DNA of 15,893 nucleotides, taken from assembly GCA_043739185.1 (NCBI GenBank), contig JAYUEN010000208.1:1-15893 (forward strand). The letters are read 5' to 3'. Position numbers and translations under genes: made by a program. Of this stretch, positions 7,237 through 13,683 are shown piece by piece. The DNA comes from Bdellovibrionales bacterium. Its GTDB lineage: Bacteria > Bdellovibrionota > Bdellovibrionia > Bdellovibrionales > JAMPXM01. Under the pieces are notes generated by a model. That model did not search any database. It was given only the letters and a program-made list of their open reading frames with translations, and was not told where the DNA came from. Numbering within the stretch: position 1 is the stretch's first letter; each line of letters begins with the position of its first letter.

Positions 7237-8037
7237 CTAGAAGGCGACGTTTTTATCTTTGAGGGCGAGATTGGTCAATTGTTGCAAATAGCTTTTTAAA
7301 AACTCGAGGGTCGGTTGCCATAGGAACTCAGCGCGATTTTTATTTCCTATGCTGAGCTCCCAAACTCTGAGGTGAGGAGGCACTTCGTGAAATAATTCAT
7401 TCATTGGTTTGTGGCTATTGAGGTCATAGGGAAACTGCTCTGAAACTGCAGAGACAATCTCTTCAATTGAGGCTTGGCGACGCACAAGTTTATTGGCTAA
7501 GTCTTGGGCTCCTTTGGTTTCTCTTATGCGCTCCTCAAGCTTTCGAATTTCAAGTTGGATGGCGCGCATTTGCTGATTGAAAAGTTCTTTGAGGTCAAGA
7601 AGCGCTTCAAGTTCGACTTGGTAAGATCTTGGCAGGCGATTTTCTTTGAGTGCCACCAATTCTTTGAGGCGCTCGCCATAGGTGCGGACGAAAACTTGAA
7701 TGAAAAAAAATAATTCTACCGGCGTGAGCATCGGCATTTGAGTAAATTGACGTACCAATTCCAATAATCCGGTGCGAGTGAGTAAATAGCGAGGAGGAGA
7801 GGAGCTTCCGATTCTCTCGGCGTAGCCATCTTTTACGAGTGCGTTAATATAGCGAGAGATTTGCGTTTTGTGTATGGCATCGTCTACGCCTTTGGTTGTC
7901 GAATCCATCCAGTTCAGAAAGAGGCCCAACAGAAAGCGCACATCCTTTTGTCTGAACCCAGTCTTATAAAAGTTAGAGTGGGCGCCGAGGCTCGCGGCTA
8001 CAAAATAGCTTCGATACACTGAGAATACATCTGTCAT
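7237..8037 (-). CDS. Putative winged helix-turn-helix transcriptional regulator (PadR/PaaX-like N-domain plus helical/coiled-coil C-domain)
   Basis: TQISRYINALVKDGYAERIGSSSPPRYLLTRTG fits a recognition helix, wing and YxLTxxG pattern. Coiled coil QQMRAIQLEIRKLEERIRE. Start at ATG 8037 (MTDVF) preferred because the 8130 extension runs through promoter/operator sequence. Confidence 0.7.
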   Translation of the reverse strand: MTDVFSVYRSYFVAASLGAHSNFYKTGFRQKDVRFLLGLFLNWMDSTTKGVDDAIHKTQISRYINALVKDGYAERIGSSSPPRYLLTRTGLLELVRQFTQMPMLTPVELFFFIQVFVRTYGERLKELVALKENRLPRSYQVELEALLDLKELFNQQMRAIQLEIRKLEERIRETKGAQDLANKLVRRQASIEEIVSAVSEQFPYDLNSHKPMNELFHEVPPHLRVWELSIGNKNRAEFLWQPTLEFLKSYLQQLTNLALKDKNVAF

Positions 8038-8052
8038 CGTTACAATGTAACG
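8038..8052. promoter_or_regulatory. Palindromic operator 1, CGTTACA-A-TGTAACG
   Basis: Perfect 7-bp arms around one central base, abutting the regulator ATG (8037). It contains the minus-strand -10 TACATT (8049-8044), with TTTACC 17 nt upstream (8072-8067). Confidence 0.8.
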
Positions 8053-8139
8053 TAAATTGAAGACAAGGTAAAGTACTTTCAAATCGAATTGGCCGCCACT
8101 TGGCATAGGAGAAATTATAAAAATGAGCATCGATCGTTT

Positions 8140-8145
8140 TATAAT
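8140..8145 (+). promoter_or_regulatory. -10 element for the pspA-like operon
   Basis: Perfect TATAAT 9 nt upstream of operator 2; no good -35 at canonical spacing. Confidence 0.45.
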
Positions 8146-8154
8146 GAGACCTTA

Positions 8155-8169
8155 AGTTACAATGTAACT
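8155..8169. promoter_or_regulatory. Palindromic operator 2, AGTTACA-A-TGTAACT
   Basis: Same 13-bp core GTTACAATGTAAC as operator 1, with a compensated outer pair (A/T instead of C/G). Confidence 0.8.
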
Positions 8170-8254
8170 ATACGTGGGGACTCAAGAAAGCAAACAAATG
8201 TTAAAGTTAATTAAGCAAATCAAAAGTATTTGCACTAACAAACGGAGGTTTTAA

Positions 8255-8908
8255 ATGAACTCAATTAAACGACTTTGCATCACCATGAATGCCCATATCA
8301 ATTCAATGATTGATCAAGTAGAGAATCATGAAGCGGTGGCCGAAGCAGCCCTTGCCGATATAAGAGAAGCTCTCGGCAATGCCAAATATCAACTAGGCCG
8401 ACTTCAAAATGAGCAAAAACAAATGGAGAGCCGCGAGCAAGCTCTGCGAGCACTTGAAATTAAATGGAAAGATCGAGCCGTTCAAGCGTCAACTTTGACC
8501 GGTACGCAAAATCATGAGCGCGCCATTGAATGTGTGCGACGGCTTAAAAATACCCAAAGTGAGCTCACGGCTTTGGGAAATGCCATAACAGAACATCGCA
8601 ATCTTGAGAAAGTATTGGTTCATGATGTGCATGGAATTGAAGAGAAATTCAATGATCTCAAGAGACGTAGAAGTATGTTGGCGGCTCGCGAATCGCGCGC
8701 GGAAGTTCTTCAAAGTATCAGTAAACATGAAAGTCAAATTTCAGCCGGAAGTGCCTTTGAGCGTTGGGAGCGATCGATTTTACGTTCTGAAGTTAATAGT
8801 GAGAAGGCCTTTGAGCCTCAAGATCATTTGAATTCTGAGTTTAATAAAGAAGAAGAGCAAATTGAACTTGAAGTCATGCTCAGTGAACTTATTGAAGCTA
8901 AAAAGTAA
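8255..8908 (+). CDS. pspA: PspA/IM30 (Vipp1/ESCRT-III superfamily) protein
   Basis: 217 aa. Amphipathic N-helix (IKRLCITMNAHINSMIDQVE), long coiled coil, WKDRAVQA, AFERWERSI and C-terminal LNSEF...LSEL. RBS GGAGG. The symbol indicates the family only. Confidence 0.88.
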   Translation: MNSIKRLCITMNAHINSMIDQVENHEAVAEAALADIREALGNAKYQLGRLQNEQKQMESREQALRALEIKWKDRAVQASTLTGTQNHERAIECVRRLKNTQSELTALGNAITEHRNLEKVLVHDVHGIEEKFNDLKRRRSMLAARESRAEVLQSISKHESQISAGSAFERWERSILRSEVNSEKAFEPQDHLNSEFNKEEEQIELEVMLSELIEAKK

Positions 8909-8937
8909 AAATTTTCAAAATCGAAAGGCGGTTTAAG

Positions 8938-10272
8938 ATGGATACGCAAAGTGTTGAATTTAAAAATGATGCAAGAAATTTTGACTCTCATGATCGGCAT
9001 CCAAATATTCCTAAAGTGAAAGCTAGATCCTTGAGTGACGGCTTACGCGTTCTAGGCGTCATTTCTTTGATCTCCTCAGGTTTCTTTTATTTATTACAAG
9101 GGCTCGTGGTCATGAGTTCTTTCGAGAGATTTCTGTCGTTCACACTTGTCGCAGTAGGGCTCGGCATTTTAGGTCTCTTGGTTGGAGGACAAATGAGAGA
9201 GCCTAAGAGTGCAAGAAGTTTTCTGGGTTTGGCAGCGGCTGCGACACCTGTTTTGTTTGCGCAATTGGGGGCGATGTTTTACGCCAATCAAAACCAGATC
9301 GCAAATGTACCAAGTGTATTCATGATAAGTGCGCCTTCGCTTAGCATTACTTTCTTAGCCTTAGCCTCGGTGACCCTTCTCATGTCACCCATTCTTTACA
9401 TCGGATTTGGAGCCTTTTATCGCGAGCGCGCCAAGGAGCTCGTGCTTTTTCTCATGGCTTGTAGTGCGCTTTTGCTTTTGCCGACACGCGCTTCTAACTT
9501 AGAGGCGATGTTGATCTTTGCGCAATTGGCGCTACTCTATTCATTTGAGCAAATTCAAATGAAAATGCCAAAAATTGCAGGAGAGGCTGAACGTTCGCTC
9601 GCAAAATTGATCTTGCTGATTCCGGTTGGGATCATGATTGGTCGAGGTCTATTTTATCATCCGGGAAATTTGTTCTTCTCAAGTGCTGCGGCTGCGATTT
9701 CATTGACTTGTTTTTGTTATGCACCGACAGGTCGACTATTTTTTCTCGGAACCATTGCTGCCGCCTGCGCATGGTTTTTTGCAGCCTACGACTTTTTAAG
9801 CCTCAATGCTTATTTTGATTCGACTCGATTCTTAATTGCAGCTTATAGCGCCTCTATTGGAGTTCTGTTGTTTGCAAAACCTGAGACCGGAAATGCAAAA
9901 AGAAAATTGCTGCGCTTTTTTGGACAAATGTTCGCCTTTTATATTCCGGTTTTTTGCTTCTTCTCGTCTTGGTCGTATGATGTTGCGATAGCCTCCCTGG
10001 GACTTGGGCTTGTGGCCACCGCCGCGGGATTTTCCCGTCATGATTTGAGTGTGTTTAGAAGCGGACTCTTTGTAAGTATCTTGGGACTCATTTACTGCCT
10101 TACTAATATTTGGGAGTTGGCTTGGAAGACCCCTTGGGTAAGTTTGGCCGGGATTGGGGTTCTTGGCATTTTGATAGCAGGTTATATTGAGAAAAATCGT
10201 GGTCAACTGACTCGCTTTAAAAATACCTACCAAGAACACTTCGCCTTTAGGCCAGTCGAAAAAATAAATTAA
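8938..10272 (+). CDS. Polytopic membrane protein of unknown function (~14 TM)
   Basis: 444 aa with about 14 hydrophobic segments counted by eye, 29 nt after pspA, RBS AAGGCGG. The C-terminal WVSLAGIGVLGILIAGYIEKNR recalls DUF2157/SCO7613-type membrane proteins (unverified). Confidence 0.8.
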   Translation: MDTQSVEFKNDARNFDSHDRHPNIPKVKARSLSDGLRVLGVISLISSGFFYLLQGLVVMSSFERFLSFTLVAVGLGILGLLVGGQMREPKSARSFLGLAAAATPVLFAQLGAMFYANQNQIANVPSVFMISAPSLSITFLALASVTLLMSPILYIGFGAFYRERAKELVLFLMACSALLLLPTRASNLEAMLIFAQLALLYSFEQIQMKMPKIAGEAERSLAKLILLIPVGIMIGRGLFYHPGNLFFSSAAAAISLTCFCYAPTGRLFFLGTIAAACAWFFAAYDFLSLNAYFDSTRFLIAAYSASIGVLLFAKPETGNAKRKLLRFFGQMFAFYIPVFCFFSSWSYDVAIASLGLGLVATAAGFSRHDLSVFRSGLFVSILGLIYCLTNIWELAWKTPWVSLAGIGVLGILIAGYIEKNRGQLTRFKNTYQEHFAFRPVEKIN

Positions 10273-10347
10273 TGAAATGAGTACATTTAGACTGAAATTG
10301 ACTCGACAATGAGACTTAATTAATTCGAACAGAAGTTGGGAGCGCCT

Positions 10348-12234
10348 ATGGGACTGAAAATGATTTTTACAAATAAAAAATTTCGTCCGCTGTTTTGGAC
10401 GCAGTTTTTGGGCTCTCTGAATGATAATTTCTTAAAAAATGCCCTCGTTGTCATGATCACATTTAAAGGTGTTGCTATTGGCGGTCTTGATTCGGCAAGT
10501 GTGGTGGCTATTTCAAGTGGCCTATTTATCTTGCCCTTCTTTTTATTTTCGCCAATAGCCGGTCAAGTGGCAGACAAATTAGATAAAGATCGTTTGGTCA
10601 GACTCACGAAGTTTTGGGAAGTGGCAATTATGGTAGTCGCATCTGCAGGCTTTTATTTTGAAAACTTCTCGATTCTTTTAGGTGTATTATTTTTAGCTGG
10701 AATACAGGCAACACTTTTCGGACCAGTTAAGTATAGCCTTTTGCCTGATCTGGTTGACCCCAAAGAATTGGTAGAAGCCAATGCCTATGTAGAATTGGGA
10801 ACTTTTTTGGCAATTCTACTAGGTACCATCGGCGGCGGCATTGCCGTTTCACTTCCCGGAAGTCAGTGGTGGATTATTGCTTCGATTCTGGCCCTAGCTT
10901 TATTGGGACTCCTTACTGGATATCAGACTCCAAAGGTTTTAGCTGCCTGTTCAAGTCTCAAAATTCAGTTGAATCCGCTGCCGGCTTTTAAAGAGTCCTT
11001 GGCTCTACTACGAGAAAAAAAGGCCATCTTCAATTCTGTTTTGGGTATATCTTGGCTGTGGTTTTTTGGTGCTGCGATTTTATCTACTTTGCCAATTTAC
11101 TGTAAGGATTTTTTGGGTGCGGGTGAACAAGTGGTAACTTGTTTCCTGGCGATGTTTACCTTGGGTACAGGTCTTGGCTCAATGATTTGTGAGAAGCTGT
11201 CGTTTAAGCGCATTGAAATAGGACTTGTACCCATTGGTTCACTTGGCATGACGATCTTTTTAGTAGATCTCTTTTTTGCCAGACCAGATTGGGCAATTGA
11301 TGCTACTCATCTGTTAAGTTTGAGAGAATTTTTGCAACATCCTTTGAGTTTTCGCCTGTTAATAGACTTCTTCTTCATGTCGGCATTTGGCGGTATTTTT
11401 GTTCTGCCTCTTTATACTCTAATTCAAGATCGAAGCCATCCTGAATCAAGATCTCGAGTCATTGCCGGAAACAATATTTTCAATGCGGTATTTATGGTGG
11501 TTTCAAGCCTCTGTATTATTTTGTTTCACGCAATACATTTAAGCTATCCTCAGATATTTTTATGCTTAGGACTATTGAATTTCTTGGTCGCAGTTTATAT
11601 CTATTCAATCGTTCCCGAATTCACTTTGAGATTTTTGGCTTGGGTTTTATCGCGTGCTCTTTATCGACTAAAATGTATTGGCGAAGAAAATATTCCGAAA
11701 GAGGGGGCGGCAGTTTTAGTTTGCAATCATGAGAGCTTTGCGGACTGGCTCATCATTTCAGCTCTGGTGCGGCGGCCTGTACGATTCGTCATGTACTACA
11801 AATTCTTTAATGTTCCGATATTGAATTATTTGATGAGGCAAGCGAAGGTCATTCCGATTGCAGGATTAAAAGAAGATCCAAAAATATTGGCAGAAGCATT
11901 TGAAAGCATTTCAAGGGAGCTAAGAGATGGTGAAATCGTCTGCATTTTTCCCGAAGGGAAAATTACCAGAGATGGTGAGTTAGCGGCCTTTAGAGGAGGG
12001 ATCGAAAAGATAATTGAGCGTGATGCCGTTCCAGTAATTCCTATGGCTTTGAAAGGCTTGTGGGATTCTCTTTTTGGCTTTGGTGGAGGAAAGCCATTGA
12101 AAAAGCTTCCCCGCAAATGGATGAGTTCGATTTATCTCACGATAAGTAGAAGTGTTCCGCCCGGAAAAGTGAGTGCCCAATTGCTGAGTGAAAAAGTGAA
12201 AGAAATGATTGGCGATGAAATATCGAGTACCTAA
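10348..12234 (+). CDS. MFS lysophospholipid transporter (LplT-like) fused to a PlsC-type acyltransferase (Aas-like, no acyl-ACP synthetase domain)
   Basis: FWTQFLGSLNDNFLK, AGQVADKLDK, FGPVKYSLLP and RSRVIAGNN in the MFS part; NHESFAD (HxxxxD) and IFPEG in the acyltransferase. ATG 10348 follows the RBS GGGAG. Confidence 0.92.
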   Translation: MGLKMIFTNKKFRPLFWTQFLGSLNDNFLKNALVVMITFKGVAIGGLDSASVVAISSGLFILPFFLFSPIAGQVADKLDKDRLVRLTKFWEVAIMVVASAGFYFENFSILLGVLFLAGIQATLFGPVKYSLLPDLVDPKELVEANAYVELGTFLAILLGTIGGGIAVSLPGSQWWIIASILALALLGLLTGYQTPKVLAACSSLKIQLNPLPAFKESLALLREKKAIFNSVLGISWLWFFGAAILSTLPIYCKDFLGAGEQVVTCFLAMFTLGTGLGSMICEKLSFKRIEIGLVPIGSLGMTIFLVDLFFARPDWAIDATHLLSLREFLQHPLSFRLLIDFFFMSAFGGIFVLPLYTLIQDRSHPESRSRVIAGNNIFNAVFMVVSSLCIILFHAIHLSYPQIFLCLGLLNFLVAVYIYSIVPEFTLRFLAWVLSRALYRLKCIGEENIPKEGAAVLVCNHESFADWLIISALVRRPVRFVMYYKFFNVPILNYLMRQAKVIPIAGLKEDPKILAEAFESISRELRDGEIVCIFPEGKITRDGELAAFRGGIEKIIERDAVPVIPMALKGLWDSLFGFGGGKPLKKLPRKWMSSIYLTISRSVPPGKVSAQLLSEKVKEMIGDEISST

Positions 12235-12238
12235 TTTC

Positions 12239-12577
12239 TCATCTGCAAATATAGGTCTCGCCATCAATTATCAAGTGGCCAACAAATTGAGTCAGAAGTA
12301 TTTGGTCTGCAACTACAAATTTATTCGAAAATGCCAGTAAATAAGTGCTTTGATTCAGATCACTTTGGTTGAGTATTTTTGTGGTCGGTACAAATCTTGG
12401 TAGGGATCCTTCGAAATTAAATCGGATTCCGGTGAGTTCTTGATTTGAAATCATTGCCAAAACTAAACGGCTAGAATCTCGTCCGCTGAAACATTCAACT
12501 CCATCAGCGAAAGCTCTGTTTGCGCTCATTCCAAATGCTAGGATCGCTAAAAGGCTAAGAAGCATAATATTTTTCAT
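12239..12577 (-). CDS. Small secreted hypothetical protein
   Basis: 112 aa, signal peptide ending AFA-D, RBS GGGAG. Two Cys lie at the extreme ends of the mature chain (VEC...YICR), likely one disulfide. Confidence 0.8.
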   Translation of the reverse strand: MKNIMLLSLLAILAFGMSANRAFADGVECFSGRDSSRLVLAMISNQELTGIRFNFEGSLPRFVPTTKILNQSDLNQSTYLLAFSNKFVVADQILLTQFVGHLIIDGETYICR

Positions 12578-12678
12578 AAAGTCTCCCTGGTATTAAAATC
12601 AATCCGCACCAACTTAGATTTATACGAAAATGAACAAAGGAGTGCAATTTAATTTTTGCGGCCTTGCGCTCTATTCAA

Positions 12679-13092
12679 CTAGGGTAGCAGGCGACTACTT
12701 TCTTCTGGAGTTGGGATTCGACAAACTTCTCTTTTGCCGAAAAGTAAGAAGCGATTCTTCGCAACAAACTTATAAACGAGATCGCGCAATCCAAGTGGCA
12801 AGATAAGAAATATTTTTGCTAGCCGCCAGATGCCGCCGAGTTCGCTTAGTATTAGCAAAACTGCGGTTGATCTTTCGAAGCTATTTTGGCCATTCAAATA
12901 TATAACTGTATCAAAATCTTGCGCCTGCTCCTTGGGTGTCGAATCGCGTTTCAATTTTTGTTTCGCGGTTTCACCTTGAAGTGAAGCAAACTGAAATTGT
13001 TTGCGGTGATCGACTTTCAATAGCCAATCAACAAAGCCATTGCAAAGATTGCAGTAGCCGTCGAAAAATATAATTTTATTTTGGGTATTCAT
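12679..13092 (-). CDS. DCC1-like thiol-disulfide oxidoreductase family protein (DUF393/YuxK)
   Basis: IIFFDGYCNLCNGFV (DxxCxxC), FASLQG, RSTAVL, LRDLVYKFVAKNRF and C-terminal CRIPTPE. Confidence 0.92.
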   Translation of the reverse strand: MNTQNKIIFFDGYCNLCNGFVDWLLKVDHRKQFQFASLQGETAKQKLKRDSTPKEQAQDFDTVIYLNGQNSFERSTAVLLILSELGGIWRLAKIFLILPLGLRDLVYKFVAKNRFLLFGKREVCRIPTPEESSRLLP

Positions 13093-13105
13093 GTGATTTG
13101 ACTCA

Positions 13106-13543
13106 TCATCTGATTGCCGGCAGAAGTATGCCCTTAATAGTAAGGGCCGGGTGAGTATTGTCTGTCCAATCTTCTTGGTAAATTAATTGCTGAGATTTTT
13201 TTTGTAGTCTTAAATGAAAACTATAGCCTTCTTGCTTATCGCTCTTATACAAATTCATTTCGTTTTCTGAAATGTTGCCCACCTCAATATGATCTGAAAT
13301 AAGCTTCCCATTTTTAATTTCCAAAGTAAAGTCGGGATAGGCGGCCTGTAAATCCTCACATTTATATCCCCCTTCGATTACCCGAAAGCTTTGGGCATCT
13401 TGTTTGATTCTTAAAAAAACTTCGCTACACTTTCGGACTTTTTCCTGCGGATGTTTAATGGACTGACCTGGACCCGAATAGGCGCCATTAAATGAAGCGA
13501 ATGTTTGAATGGGCAAAAATAGTATCAGCGCCAGATTTTTCAT
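13106..13543 (-). CDS. Secreted beta-rich hypothetical protein
   Basis: 145 aa, short signal peptide ending TFA-S, RBS GGGAGG, two Cys; 13 nt upstream of the DCC gene. Confidence 0.8.
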   Translation of the reverse strand: MKNLALILFLPIQTFASFNGAYSGPGQSIKHPQEKVRKCSEVFLRIKQDAQSFRVIEGGYKCEDLQAAYPDFTLEIKNGKLISDHIEVGNISENEMNLYKSDKQEGYSFHLRLQKKSQQLIYQEDWTDNTHPALTIKGILLPAIR

Positions 13544-13636
13544 TCGAGGCCTCCCAATTTTTATTTAGAGACTACCGTTTGGGTATGGGATATTCAATAA
13601 TAATTACCATGTCTTGCCCTTGGTAATGAGACTAGT

Positions 13637-13658
13637 GGCGCAGCGTACTTGCTGCGCC
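13637..13658 (-). terminator. Strong hairpin downstream of the alpha-2-macroglobulin gene (terminator-like, no U-tract)
   Basis: GGCGCAGC-GTACTT-GCTGCGCC, a perfect 8-bp stem 25 nt after the stop; no poly-T on either side. Confidence 0.5.
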
Positions 13659-13683
13659 TAATTACGAAATCCTAGCAGGCACC

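Noticed and set aside
8038..8130. 31-aa N-terminal extension of the regulator ORF
   Set aside because: It runs through operator and promoter-like sequence and has no RBS; ATG 8037 is preferred, though not proven.
10298..10326. TTGACT upstream of the MFS-acyltransferase gene as an internal promoter
   Set aside because: No TAnnnT hexamer at acceptable spacing.
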